NCBI GenBank assembly: GCA_963743915.1
Contig: CAVURN010000005.1
Coordinates: 448,001-512,000 of the forward strand
Source: an uncultured Actinomycetota bacterium
Lineage (GTDB): Bacteria > Actinomycetota > Actinomycetes > JAHEKZ01
Length of the DNA stretch: 64,000 nucleotides
Reading direction: 5' to 3'
Shown here: in pieces, positions 19,786-29,639 of the stretch
Position numbering within the stretch: the first letter of the stretch is position 1
Layout: the number at the start of each line of letters is the position of its first letter
Position numbers and translations under genes: made by a program
The notes under the pieces: generated by a model
What the model was told of the DNA's origin: nothing
Seen by the model: the letters and a program-made list of their open reading frames with translations, nothing else
Databases searched by the model: none

Positions 19786-19913
19786 CGTGGCCCTTCAGGT
19801 GGGGGCCGATCAGGCCCGGCAGGACGGAGGACAACCACTCACTCGACGTCACCTGCGGCCGCTTGCCGACCGCTCCACCAGACCCGCTCCAGACTTCGAA
19901 GGCGGACCACTAT

Positions 19914-19957
19914 TCGAACGTATGTTCGATTATGGCATCACCAACCCCCCGGGTCAA
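19914..19957 (-). promoter_or_regulatory. SigA-type promoter overlapped by a LexA (SOS) box
   Basis: TCGAAC-GTAT-GTTCGA at 19914-19929; minus-strand TTGACC (19952-19957), 17-bp spacer, CATAAT (19929-19934). Confidence 0.88.
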
Positions 19958-20102
19958 CCCTCACCGCGAACAGATTCTTCGACGGTCACTCGCGCGCCGG
20001 CCAGTGACGACTCGATCACGCTGAGTCACTCCCCCTAGTCCGTTCGGCAGACGCCGAGCCGTCCGGCCTTCGCGACGTCCGACGCACCCGTACCCTCCCC
20101 TC

Positions 20103-20900
20103 ATGCGGGTGATGAGCGTCCTCAGCCTCAAGGGCGGAGTCGGCAAGACGTCCGTCACCCTGGGGCTGGCGAGCGCCGCCCATGCCCGTGGGCTGCGCAC
20201 GCTGGTCATCGACCTCGACCCGCAGGCGAACACCTCAGTGGTGCTCGACCCGCCCCGCGTCCAGTTCACCTCCAACGACGTCCTCGCGGACGGGCGGGCC
20301 GGCGTCCTGGCGCAGGCGATCGTGGCCAGCGGCTGGGGGCCGACCATCGACCTCGTCGCCAGCGAGCGGGCGTTGGAGCACCGCGCCGTGCCCGAAGGTG
20401 AGGGTCATGTGCGGCTCCGCGTCACGATGCAGGGACTCGACGACTACGACCTGGTGCTGATCGACACGCCACCGGCGCTCGGCGAGCTCACCCGCAACGC
20501 GCTGACGGCCAGCGATCTCGGGCTCGTCGTCACCGAGCCGAGCCTGTTCGCGCTGCAAGGGGCACAGCAGGCGTTGGACGCCATGAGCGTCGTGCGGGAC
20601 ACCAACCTGCGACTGCATGTCGCCGGGATCGTCGTGAACCGGGTGCGCCCCACGTCGTCGGAGCACCGCTACCGGATGGCCGAGCTGGCGCTTGCCTACG
20701 GCGACCTGCTCTGGCAACCCCCTCTGCCGGACCGCGCAGTCATCCAGCAGGCGGCCGGAGCCTGCACGCCCGTGCACATCTGGCGCACGCAGGCGGGACG
20801 TGAGGTGGCCCGCATCTTCGACGAGTACCTCGACCATGTGCTCGCCACGCAGGTCGAACCCAAACCCCTCCGTCCCGTGTCGGGTGCACCGGCGTCCTGA
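20103..20900 (+). CDS. ParA/Soj-family ATPase (no N-terminal HTH)
   Basis: Deviant Walker A KGGVGKT, IDLDPQAN, LIDTPP. Confidence 0.93.
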   Translation: MRVMSVLSLKGGVGKTSVTLGLASAAHARGLRTLVIDLDPQANTSVVLDPPRVQFTSNDVLADGRAGVLAQAIVASGWGPTIDLVASERALEHRAVPEGEGHVRLRVTMQGLDDYDLVLIDTPPALGELTRNALTASDLGLVVTEPSLFALQGAQQALDAMSVVRDTNLRLHVAGIVVNRVRPTSSEHRYRMAELALAYGDLLWQPPLPDRAVIQQAAGACTPVHIWRTQAGREVARIFDEYLDHVLATQVEPKPLRPVSGAPAS

Positions 20901-20928
20901 GACGCCTCGAAGTGAAGGGAGACGGCCG

Positions 20929-21249
20929 ATGAGTCGTCCCGAACCGCGCCCGGCCCTGAAGCGTGCAGACGACGGAGCCGTGCACCCCGCAGCGCCGCGG
21001 GTCGCCCCCGAGCGTCACATCCACCCCGCACCGCACGCACCCACCGTCGTGGGCAAGGAGGGCAAGGCGGGGACGAAGCCCGCCGCCGACGAGACGCCGC
21101 CCGTCGTCGCCTTCGACGGCAAGCCGGTCACGCTCTCGGTCGAGGTGCCCAAACCGCTGCGCAAGCAGCTCCGCAAGGTGGCCGAACGCGACGGACGCAG
21201 CGTCGACGACGTCGTCGTCGAGGCGCTGACCCGCTACCTCGTCGGCTGA
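20929..21249 (+). CDS. Small putative ribbon-helix-helix protein
   Basis: Pro/Arg-rich N-terminal tail, then VTLSVEVPKPLRKQLRKVAERDGRSVDDVVVEALTRYL (beta-alpha-alpha pattern); AAGGGAG RBS. Confidence 0.75.
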   Translation: MSRPEPRPALKRADDGAVHPAAPRVAPERHIHPAPHAPTVVGKEGKAGTKPAADETPPVVAFDGKPVTLSVEVPKPLRKQLRKVAERDGRSVDDVVVEALTRYLVG

Positions 21250-21267
21250 CGGCCGCGGCGGCGTCCG

Positions 21268-21319
21268 ATGGGTGCCGCGAAACCTGCATAGATTGCAGGC
21301 GGTGTCACAGGGCACCCAT
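21268..21319. terminator. Compound hairpin between convergent genes
   Basis: ATGGGTGCC...GGCACCCAT enclosing CCTGCA-N5-TGCAGG. Confidence 0.55.
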
Positions 21320-21326
21320 GGAGGGG

Positions 21327-22463
21327 TCAGAGGACGCCGTCGTCCATCTCCGTGATGAGGGCGTCCACGACAGCGCGTAGGTCGCCGTCGTGGGCGGCCG
21401 CCACCGCCCGCTGACGCTGGTAGCTCGCACCGACTCGCAGCAGCTCCTCCACCTTGCCGAGCTCGTCGGCACACCCCAGCTCGCGAGCGACTGGCTCCAG
21501 GTCGGACGCGAGCTCGAGGACCGCGTCACGGAGCGACCGCACCTGCTGACCCTTGTCGTCCACGATGATCTCGGCGTCGAGGCCGTAGCGGGCCGCGCGC
21601 CACTTGTTCTCGCGCACCAGCCAGAGCTTGGGCTCGTGCAGGGACTCGCCCGCGTCCAAGGTTCGGTCGAACGTCTCGACCAGTGACTGCGCGAACGCCG
21701 CCACGACCCCGATCTCGCCGAGGGTGGGGATGCCGTCGCAGATGCGCAGCTCGACGGTGCCGAAGTTCGGGTGCGGGCGGATGTCCCACCACACCTCGCG
21801 GATCGACTCGATCGTGCGCGACGAGATCAGCGTCTCCATGTAGTCCTCGAATGCGTCCCACCCCGAGAGCGCGTACGGCAGACCGGCGGTGGGCAGTCCC
21901 TCGAAGACCTTGCTGCGGGCGGACGCCAGCCCGGTGTCCGATCCGAGCCAGAACGGTGAGGACGCCGACAGCGCCAGGAAGTGCGGGATGTAGGCCATCA
22001 GTGCGTTGTTGATGGGGATCGACTTCTCGGGCGCGCGCACGCCGACGTGCACGTGCACCCCGAAGATCTGCAGACGGCGCGCGAGCCACTGCATGTCCTC
22101 GACCAGCTGCTCGTAGCGGGGGTCGGGACTGATCTTCTGGGTGGTCCAGTCGGTGAAGGGGTGCGTGCCGGAGCACATGACGCCGAGGTTGCGCCGGGCC
22201 GCCGAGACCTGGACCTCCTTCAGCGTGCCGGAGAGGTCGTCGCACGCCTCGGCGACCGTCGAGCAGATGCCCGTGATGATCTCGATCGTCGATTCCAGCA
22301 GCTCATGCTTGGCCTTGGGGTGCTCCTCGCCCGGCACCGGCGCGATCTCCGTGAGGATCTCCGTCGCACCGCTCGTGAGCTCACGGGTGTCTCGGTCGAT
22401 GAGCTCGAGCTCCCACTCGATGCCGAGACTGGCTCGATCCGAGGGCTGGAACGGAATGTGCAC
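21327..22463 (-). CDS. Carboxylate-amine ligase / glutamate-cysteine ligase GCS2 (YbdK family)
   Basis: LGIEWE, GTHPF, FGVHVHVG, SASSPFW, WWDIRP, GTVELRICD, ENKWRAARYGL. Confidence 0.93.
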   Translation of the reverse strand: MHIPFQPSDRASLGIEWELELIDRDTRELTSGATEILTEIAPVPGEEHPKAKHELLESTIEIITGICSTVAEACDDLSGTLKEVQVSAARRNLGVMCSGTHPFTDWTTQKISPDPRYEQLVEDMQWLARRLQIFGVHVHVGVRAPEKSIPINNALMAYIPHFLALSASSPFWLGSDTGLASARSKVFEGLPTAGLPYALSGWDAFEDYMETLISSRTIESIREVWWDIRPHPNFGTVELRICDGIPTLGEIGVVAAFAQSLVETFDRTLDAGESLHEPKLWLVRENKWRAARYGLDAEIIVDDKGQQVRSLRDAVLELASDLEPVARELGCADELGKVEELLRVGASYQRQRAVAAAHDGDLRAVVDALITEMDDGVL

Positions 22464-22538
22464 GCGCCCAGGCTAGGCCCCCCGGCACCGGCACCGTCAG
22501 TCCTGCAGGCAAAGACTTCCGGCACCGGCGCCGTGGGG

Positions 22539-22712
22539 TCAGACGCCGTAGGGGTGCGAGGGCAGCCCGCCGACGCTCCAGTCATCGGTGCGGGGGGCCG
22601 GGCGGTGTCCGTAGCCGTCCCGCGCGACGATCCGGGTGATGGCGGTGCCGACGAGGAGCGCGAGGACCGCCACCGTTCCCACGAGGGCGACCCACGAAGC
22701 GATCTCGGTCAT
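22539..22712 (-). CDS. Small membrane-anchored hypothetical protein
   Basis: One TM helix then RDGYGHRPAPR; AAGGAGG RBS; divergent from the MocR regulator. Confidence 0.7.
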   Translation of the reverse strand: MTEIASWVALVGTVAVLALLVGTAITRIVARDGYGHRPAPRTDDWSVGGLPSHPYGV

Positions 22713-22847
22713 TGCACAGTCCTCCTTCTCCGTGCAGGTCCGGGGATCCGGACGCTGGTGGTCCAATTCTGGCGGATTGGCTCATTTAGGAGCCGAATCT
22801 GACCAGTTGGCCTTGTGCTCCTGCAGTATGCGGGCCATGGTGGACCC

Positions 22848-24317
22848 ATGTCATGGGCCACAGATGCTGAATTGGATCAACTTCTGGCGCGGTGGCGCGG
22901 CGAGCTGCGGGGAGCCACTGGTCCACTCCGGGACCACCTGGCCACCGCTGTGCTCGAGGCCGTCGCGACCGGCGACCTCCCGGTCGGAACCCGGCTGCCC
23001 GCCGAGCGCCGGCTCGCGGAGTCGCTCGGCATCAGCCGGGGGACAGTCGTCGCCGCCCTCGACCAGCTCGTTGCGCGCGGCATTCTCGAGCGCCGACCGG
23101 GGTCGGGCAGCTACGTGCGCTCCGCTCCGGTGACAGCGGCACCACTCGCCACCCCCGTCGACCAGGTCCTGGTCGACTTCTGGATGAACCACCACAGCCC
23201 GATCGACCTCGGCATCTCCTCCCCCATCGACCCGCCCACCCTGCTCTTCGCCGGGCTGCAGGCCACGGGGAGCGACCTGCTCGGCCCCGACGGCCACCAC
23301 GGCTACTCCGCCTACGGCGAGACCGAGATGCGACGGGTTGCGGCCCAGCGCCTGACGCACTGCGGCATCGAGTCCCGGGAGGACGAGGTCATCGTCACCT
23401 GCGGCGCGCAGCAGGCGCTGCAGCTGGCCGTCCGCTCACTGGTCAAGCCGGGCGACCGGGTGTTCGTCGACAGCCCCACCTACCCCGGGCTCCTGGCGAT
23501 CCTGCGCCAGACCGGTGCCGTCCCGGTTCCGCTGCGCACCGACGCCGAGGGCATCGTCCCCGCCGATCTCGCCCGTGCCATCGATGAGCACGGTCCCAGC
23601 ATGCTGGCCACCTGCTCCTTGGTGTCCAACCCCGAGGCGTCGGTGCTGTCCCCTCGACGCCGCGACGCACTTCTCGAGATCATCACCCGCCACGACGTCG
23701 TGGTCCTCGAGGACCTCACGCTGGCGGAGACGCTGCTCGACGACATCCCCGTGGGTGCACCGCTCACCGCCGACCCGCGGGTCCGTGGCATCGCCGTCGG
23801 CTCGGCGTCGAAGGTGCTCTGGGGCGGCCTGCGCGTCGGCTGGCTGCGCACCGCCGAGACGTGGCTGCGTCGCATCGCCCAGGCGAAGGCGCTGGAGGAC
23901 TTCGGCACGTCACCGGTCACCCAGCGCATCGCGGCAGCGCTGATGCGGCGGCTCGACGAACAGCCGGAGTGGCTCGGACACCGCCGCGCCGAGCTGCGCA
24001 GCCGGCGCGATCTCATGGTCGAGCTGCTCCACGAGCACCTGCCGACCTGGGGAGTCCAGGCACCGGTCGGCGGGCTCTCGCTCTGGGTGCGGGTGCCGTC
24101 GGTGGACACCACGGACTTCGCCGCCGTCGCTGACCGCTACGGCGTGCACATCATGCCCGGCGAACGGTGCGGCATCGGCGATGCCTACAGCGACCACCTC
24201 CGGATCTGCTTCGACCGTGACCCCGAGGTGCTGCGCGAGGCGGTGGTGCGCCTCGCGCAGGCGCACCAGGACGTCGCACGCATGCCGGTGCGAATGCCCG
24301 TGGCGGTCGGTCCCTAG
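22848..24317 (+). CDS. MocR-family (GntR + PLP aminotransferase domain) regulator
   Basis: GTRLPAERRLA..LGISRGTV wHTH; GAQQAL; SASKVLWGGLRVGW. Confidence 0.93.
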   Translation: MSWATDAELDQLLARWRGELRGATGPLRDHLATAVLEAVATGDLPVGTRLPAERRLAESLGISRGTVVAALDQLVARGILERRPGSGSYVRSAPVTAAPLATPVDQVLVDFWMNHHSPIDLGISSPIDPPTLLFAGLQATGSDLLGPDGHHGYSAYGETEMRRVAAQRLTHCGIESREDEVIVTCGAQQALQLAVRSLVKPGDRVFVDSPTYPGLLAILRQTGAVPVPLRTDAEGIVPADLARAIDEHGPSMLATCSLVSNPEASVLSPRRRDALLEIITRHDVVVLEDLTLAETLLDDIPVGAPLTADPRVRGIAVGSASKVLWGGLRVGWLRTAETWLRRIAQAKALEDFGTSPVTQRIAAALMRRLDEQPEWLGHRRAELRSRRDLMVELLHEHLPTWGVQAPVGGLSLWVRVPSVDTTDFAAVADRYGVHIMPGERCGIGDAYSDHLRICFDRDPEVLREAVVRLAQAHQDVARMPVRMPVAVGP

Positions 24318-24328
24318 CTGCCTACGCC

Positions 24329-25075
24329 CTAGTCCAGGTCGGCGAGCGCCAGGAAGCGCTCGACGGCCGCCCGGTCGCCGGCCAGCTGGACGCGCCCCTC
24401 GTTCAGCTCACGCCTGCGCCACAACGTCAGCAGCAGGTCGCTCGCCGAGCCGGTCAGGGTGCCTGGCGCGTCGGCGACACCGATCTCCCAGCGCAGGTGT
24501 CCGTCCTCGAGCCATCCGGTCCATTCGTGACCGGTGTCAGCGGAGTGCAGCGCCAGCCGCGCCTCGCCCTCGTAGGTGCTGGCCGTCGCGAGGAAGAAGT
24601 ACTCCGAGATCCCATCGGCCGCGAGGTCGGTCGCGATCGACGCGTCGTGGCGTCCGGCGGCGTCCTCGGCGTCCCACCGGTGCACGGACGTCTCGTGCGG
24701 CATGCGCCGCTGGATGAACGCCATGTCGTGCTGCGGCGCCCACGACCACACCGGAGTCGACGGGTCGGCGTCGCGCAGCACGCCGATCAGATCGTCCGCT
24801 CCCTGGCGCAACCAGGCGGCCAGCTCCGCATCAGGCGGGTCGACGACCTCAGGGCGCTGCAGCGCCTCGGGGTCCTGCACCTTCTCGCGCGCGATCCACG
24901 TCCAGAAGCGGTGCACCTCGCCGACGTGGTAGGCGAGGTCGCCGAGCGTCCAGTCCGGGCAGCTCGGCACCCGCATCGCGAACCCGGTTCTCTCGAGCAC
25001 CGACGCCAGGCGGTCGGTGTCCTCGTGCAACAGCGCGAGACGGCGTTCGAGCGGGAGCGCCGTGGCCTTCACCAT
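24329..25075 (-). CDS. Mycothiol-dependent maleylpyruvate isomerase family (MDMPI)
   Basis: VPSCPDWTLGDLAYHVGEVH, RRMPHETSVHRWD, LAADGISE, GSASDLLL. Confidence 0.9.
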   Translation of the reverse strand: MVKATALPLERRLALLHEDTDRLASVLERTGFAMRVPSCPDWTLGDLAYHVGEVHRFWTWIAREKVQDPEALQRPEVVDPPDAELAAWLRQGADDLIGVLRDADPSTPVWSWAPQHDMAFIQRRMPHETSVHRWDAEDAAGRHDASIATDLAADGISEYFFLATASTYEGEARLALHSADTGHEWTGWLEDGHLRWEIGVADAPGTLTGSASDLLLTLWRRRELNEGRVQLAGDRAAVERFLALADLD

Positions 25076-25260
25076 GCCTGCTCCTGATCATCGCCTTCTG
25101 CCTCAGCGGGCCGCCTGATGACGACGCGGCCCTCCCGGAGCATGCGGTCACCGGGCGACGGGGTCGGGATGACGCGTTGGTGCTGCTCCTCGATCTCGTC
25201 GTGGGCGCGTGCCGCCCCGGGGTTGAAGACCGAGTCGAGCGCACCGAGCACAGCACTCAT
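25069..25260 (-). CDS. Small hypothetical protein (DUF6191-like)
   Basis: VFNPG...PSPGD...GRVVIRRP; overlaps the downstream MDMPI start. Confidence 0.6.
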   Translation of the reverse strand: MSAVLGALDSVFNPGAARAHDEIEEQHQRVIPTPSPGDRMLREGRVVIRRPAEAEGDDQEQAW

Positions 25261-25347
25261 GCCGCCACGGTCACCGAGCCCGCGCCGCATCCACGTCAGC
25301 ACGCCACACCTCCTGCCGGCGGCCGAGAGGCGGCCCGCCCCGCCAGG

Positions 25348-26584
25348 CTATGCCACCGGGTGACGGGCGTCGTACGCCAAGAAGACCGCGGTTGCGCAGG
25401 ACGAAGGCCAGCGTCGCGGTGATGCAGGCGACCCCACCGGCGACGATCGCCACGCGTTCCCCCATGACGCTGGCGGTCGTGCCGACCACCGCGTCCCCGA
25501 GCCGGGGGCCGCCGGCGACGACCACGATGAACACGCCCTGCAGACGGCCCCGCAGCTCGTCCGGCGTCGCCACCTGAAGGATCGTCGATCGGAACACCGC
25601 GCTCACCATGTCGAACGCGCCGGACAGCGCAAGGAAGAGCAGCGCCCACGACAGCAGGCTGCTCATACCGAAGAGGGCGACCGACGCCCCGTAGCCGCAC
25701 ACCATGAGGACCACGACGAAGCCCTGACGCCGCACGCGTCCGAGCCAGCCCGACAGGAGCCCGGCGACCAGCGACCCCACGGCCGGTGCCGCCGCGAGCA
25801 GGCCGACGGTCCGCGCCCCGCCGCCGAAGGTGGTCGCTGCCAGTGCGGGGAAGAGCGCCCGCGGCTGCGCCAGGACCATGGCACACAGGTCGACGATGAA
25901 GGTCATGAGCAGGTTGCGACGGGTGGACAGGAATCGCAGACCATCCCACACCGCTGCCCATCCGGTGCGGTGCGGCTCGGCCTCGGGGGCGATCGACGGC
26001 AGCCGGAAGAGACCGTAGAGCGCAGCGGTGAAGAGCAGTGCATCCACCAGGTAGGCGGTGGTCAGGCCGTAGCTGTCGATCAGCAGCCCACCGAGCAGTG
26101 GTCCGACGGTGAAGCCGGCACTGAAGGTCATGGTGTTCAAGGCATTGGCCGCCGGCAGCAGCGGAGGCTCGATCAGCCGCGGGACGATGGCCGAGCGTGC
26201 CGGGTTGTTCACGGCGAAGAAGGCCGACTGCGCGGCGACGACGACGTACAGCAGCCACACCTGCTCGAGCGCGAGCCACGCCTGCAGGACGAGCACGAGC
26301 GAGCAGAACCAGAGCCCGGCGGACGCTCCGAGCGCGACGAGACGTCGATCGTGGGTGTCCGCGATCGAGCCGCCGTAGAGGCCGAACAGGACCAACGGAA
26401 AGAACGATGCGGCCCCCACCATGCCGACCGCGAAGCTCGATCCTGTGAGGGCGTACACCTGGATGCCGATCGCGACCGTTGCCATCTGCTGGCCGACCTG
26501 GGCGACAGTCCATCCGCCCCACATGCGCCGGTACTCCGGACTCACCCGCAGCGGTCGCAGGTCGACCACCACCCGACGCGTCAC
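25348..26584 (-). CDS. MFS transporter (EntS-like); frameshift near 25380 at the C-terminus
   Basis: VDLRPLR..PEYRR, GGSIADTHDRR, RGRLQGVF...GGPRLGD; expected YDARHP end lies in a shifted frame. Confidence 0.88.
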
Positions 26585-26657
26585 CGGGTCATCCTCCCCG
26601 CACGGTGCCGCGGTGCTTCGTCAGGGTCGTGGCACGGAGGAGCAGGCCCGGGAGTGT

Positions 26658-27587
26658 TCACGGGAGGGCGTCGGCATTGCCACCGCAGACGACCACGCCC
26701 ACCCGCGCGTCGGGCGGCGGCGTCCAGGCACCGCTGAGGAGCGCGGCGAGCGCCGTCGCACCGCCCGGCTCGGCCAGCACGCGCACCTCGTCCCACAGCC
26801 ACCGCTGCGCGACGACGATGTCGGCATCCGGGACGAGCGTGGTCGGCCCTACAGCCCCGGAGAGGACGCTCCAGGGAAGGACGCCCAAGGAGGGAGCACC
26901 GAGCGACGTGCGCGCGATGCCGGTGGCCGGGCTCGGCACCGGTCCGCCAGACGCCTGGGCCATGGCCAATGTCGGGCAGCCTTCGGGCTCGACCGGGACA
27001 ACGGTGGACGTCCCCTCCACCGCCACCACGATCCCCGCCGGCAGCCCCCCGCCGCCGACCGCGACCATCCAGTGCGTGACGTGGGCGGCCTGCTCGGCCA
27101 GCTCGAGTCCGAGCGTCCCCTGTCCCGCCACGGTGGGGGCCTGGTCGTAGGGATGGATCAGCGGATGACCCCGTTGGGCGACCATCTCGTCGGCGTACGC
27201 GAACGCCTCGCCGGGGGTGTCCCCGTGCTCGACGATCTCGGCGCCGAGCCGCCGCATCGCGTCCACCTTCGTGCGGGCAGCCGACGACGGCACGACGACC
27301 GTCGCGTGCCGACCGAGTCGGGCGGCCGCCCACGCGACCGCGAGCCCGTGGTTGCCGCCCGAGCAGGCGATGACCGCGGCGTCGTCGGCCAGCAGCAGCG
27401 AGTTCAGGGCTCCGCGCGGTTTGAACGACCCGGTCACCTGCAGCGACTCGAGCTTGAGAGTGACCGGCTGAGGACCGGACGGCGCGGGGACCTCGACGTC
27501 GATGCACGGGGTGCGACGCAGCAGCGGCTGGACGCGGCCCGCCGCGGCCGCGACGTCGGATCGGTTCAGGGACGGTGAGGACACCAC
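26658..27587 (-). CDS. PLP-dependent serine/threonine dehydratase family protein
   Basis: KLESLQVTGSFKPRGA, SGGNHG, HPYDQ..AGQGT, VGGGGL, CGGN. Confidence 0.9.
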   Translation of the reverse strand: MVSSPSLNRSDVAAAAGRVQPLLRRTPCIDVEVPAPSGPQPVTLKLESLQVTGSFKPRGALNSLLLADDAAVIACSGGNHGLAVAWAAARLGRHATVVVPSSAARTKVDAMRRLGAEIVEHGDTPGEAFAYADEMVAQRGHPLIHPYDQAPTVAGQGTLGLELAEQAAHVTHWMVAVGGGGLPAGIVVAVEGTSTVVPVEPEGCPTLAMAQASGGPVPSPATGIARTSLGAPSLGVLPWSVLSGAVGPTTLVPDADIVVAQRWLWDEVRVLAEPGGATALAALLSGAWTPPPDARVGVVVCGGNADALP

Positions 27588-27610
27588 CGCATCGTGACAG
27601 GCTTGCCTCC

Positions 27611-28201
27611 ATGGCTGCGAACCAGGAGAAGGACGTCCTGCACCGGTATCTCGTCGTGGGTCGTGAGGCGCTGCTCTGGAAGCTCGAGGGGCTCTCGGAG
27701 TACGACGTGCGGCGTCCGCTGGTGCCCACCGGCACGAACCTGCTGGGGCTCGTCAAGCATGTGGCGAGCGTCGCGGCGGACTACTTCGGCGACGTCTTCG
27801 GGCGTCCGTTCCCGGATCCGCTGCCGTGGTTCGCGCCCGACGCCGAGCCGAACGCGGACCTGTGGGCGACAGCCGACGAGTCCCGGGCCGACATCCTGCG
27901 GCTCTGGGACCGGGCGTGGTCGCACGCCGACGCCACGATCGAGGCGCTCCCCCTCGACGCCACCGGGGTGGTGCCGTGGTGGTCGGAGGAGTCCCGCACC
28001 GTGACACTGCACCGGATCCTCATCCACATGGCGACCGAGACGCATCGCCACGCAGGTCACGCCGACATCGTGCGTGAGCTGATCGACGGCGCCGCGGGCC
28101 TCCGTGCTGCGCACAGCAACCTGCCTGAGGTGGATGCCGCCTGGTGGACCGCCTACCGGGCCCGCCTCGAGAAGGTCGCGCAGGAGGCGTCCTCCGCCTA
28201 G
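27611..28201 (+). CDS. DinB/DUF664 family protein
   Basis: TGTNLLGLVKHVA, HMATETHRHAGHADIVRELIDG. Confidence 0.9.
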   Translation: MAANQEKDVLHRYLVVGREALLWKLEGLSEYDVRRPLVPTGTNLLGLVKHVASVAADYFGDVFGRPFPDPLPWFAPDAEPNADLWATADESRADILRLWDRAWSHADATIEALPLDATGVVPWWSEESRTVTLHRILIHMATETHRHAGHADIVRELIDGAAGLRAAHSNLPEVDAAWWTAYRARLEKVAQEASSA

Positions 28202-28258
28202 CGGAACCGGTGTCGCGCGGTCCGCGTCCGACCCTCGACGTCGGATCGGAGGCTGGAC

Positions 28259-28792
28259 GTGTCGCTCTCCCGAACCTCACGGGCGCGAACCTCAGGGCGC
28301 TGCGTCGCGGCGAGCGTGCTGATGGCTGTCGCTGTCCTCACCGGGTGCGGTGAGTCCGCAGGACCCGAGGGGACTACAGCGCCGTCACCGTCCGACATCG
28401 CGCCGAAGGCTCCGAGCGGTCTGGATCGCGAAGGGGTCGCGGCGTGGGACCTGTGGCAGGAGCAGGCGCTGGACTCGTACACCTACACGCTCACCGTCGG
28501 GTGCTTCTGCCCCGCGCTTCTGGGCGTCGAGGTGGTGGTCCGCGACGGAGAGGTGGTGCGGCTCGACGGCAAGCCGTACGACCCGGCAACCACGGTCCCA
28601 GGCTTCGACGGACAGCCCCCTACCGTCGACCACCTGTTCGAGGTGCTCGCGCAGGACCAGCAGAGCGCCGACCAGGTGGCCGCCCGCTACGACGAGCTGA
28701 CCGGTGTCCCGATCTCGATCGAGGTGGACCACATGGCCGACGCCATCGACGACGAGATCAGCTACCGCGTCGAACGGCTCCAGCCACTCTGA
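28259..28792 (+). CDS. Lipoprotein (DUF6174-like)
   Basis: Lipobox LTGC; [11 protein letters not shown]; TVDHLF; YD..TGVP...D...AIDDEISY. Confidence 0.75.
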   Translation: MSLSRTSRARTSGRCVAASVLMAVAVLTGCGESAGPEGTTAPSPSDIAPKAPSGLDREGVAAWDLWQEQALDSYTYTLTVGCFCPALLGVEVVVRDGEVVRLDGKPYDPATTVPGFDGQPPTVDHLFEVLAQDQQSADQVAARYDELTGVPISIEVDHMADAIDDEISYRVERLQPL

Positions 28793-28814
28793 CCGACGCC
28801 GTCGCTCATCGGTG

Positions 28815-29462
28815 TCAGGGAGAGAGACGCTCGATCGTCCACGCGCCGCCGGTCCGGCGGTAGCGCACACGGTCGTGCAGCCGATTGGGGCGTCCCTGCC
28901 AGAACTCCACCTCGTCCGGCACGAGCCGGTAGCCGCCCCAGAAGTCGGGAACCGGCACCTCGACGTCCGGCGGGTACTGCTCGGTCAGCTCGGAGTAGCG
29001 GTCGGTCAGCACCTGACGCGACTCGATCACCGAGCTCTGGTGCGAGGTCCACGCCCCGAGCTGGCTGCCGTGCGGCCGGGAGCGGAAGTACGCCGTGGAC
29101 TCCTCCCGGCTCACCGGGCTCACCGCCCCGGTGACGACCACCTGACGCTCGAGCTCGAGCCAGGCGAAGCACATCGAGGCCTGAGGGTTGGCCTCCAGGT
29201 GCTGCCCCTTGATCGAGCGGTAGTTGGTGAAGAAGGTGAACCCTTCGGCGTCCGCGGCCTTGATCAGCAGCGTGCGCGCCCGGGGGCGGCCACCGGAGTC
29301 CGCGGTGGCGAGGATCATCGCGTTCGGCTCGATCAGCTCGGCGGCGACGGCGTCCGCCAGCCAGCGGGAGAACTGCGCCACCGGATCGGGATCCACGTCG
29401 TCGACGTCGAGACCGGCGAGCTCGTAGCTGCGGCGCAGGGCGGCGAGGGCCGTGGGATCCAT
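28815..29462 (-). CDS. pdxH: Pyridoxamine 5'-phosphate oxidase
   Basis: [43 protein letters not shown]. Confidence 0.96.
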   Translation of the reverse strand: MDPTALAALRRSYELAGLDVDDVDPDPVAQFSRWLADAVAAELIEPNAMILATADSGGRPRARTLLIKAADAEGFTFFTNYRSIKGQHLEANPQASMCFAWLELERQVVVTGAVSPVSREESTAYFRSRPHGSQLGAWTSHQSSVIESRQVLTDRYSELTEQYPPDVEVPVPDFWGGYRLVPDEVEFWQGRPNRLHDRVRYRRTGGAWTIERLSP

Positions 29463-29639
29463 GCCGCTCATTCTGGTCGCACCCCCCGGGCGGGTCATCC
29501 GGGCGGGTCCGCCGGGGCCGGTCCGCTGGTCCTGTCCTCCGGGCCGGTGATCAGGGCGTCCGAGTGGGTCGGGTTAGATGTCGGGTGGAGCAGCGACCCT
29601 GCCCACCCCAGGTTCCCCACGCGTCGAGGAGTGCCCACC

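Noticed and set aside
18481-21249. Prophage or integrated plasmid (HNH + ParA + RHH)
   Set aside because: No integrase, rep, relaxase, structural genes or att-like direct repeats, and the flanks are ordinary chromosomal genes
29480-29545. GGGTCC/GGTCC-rich stretch between pdxH and citA
   Set aside because: Low-complexity GC-rich sequence without regular spacing
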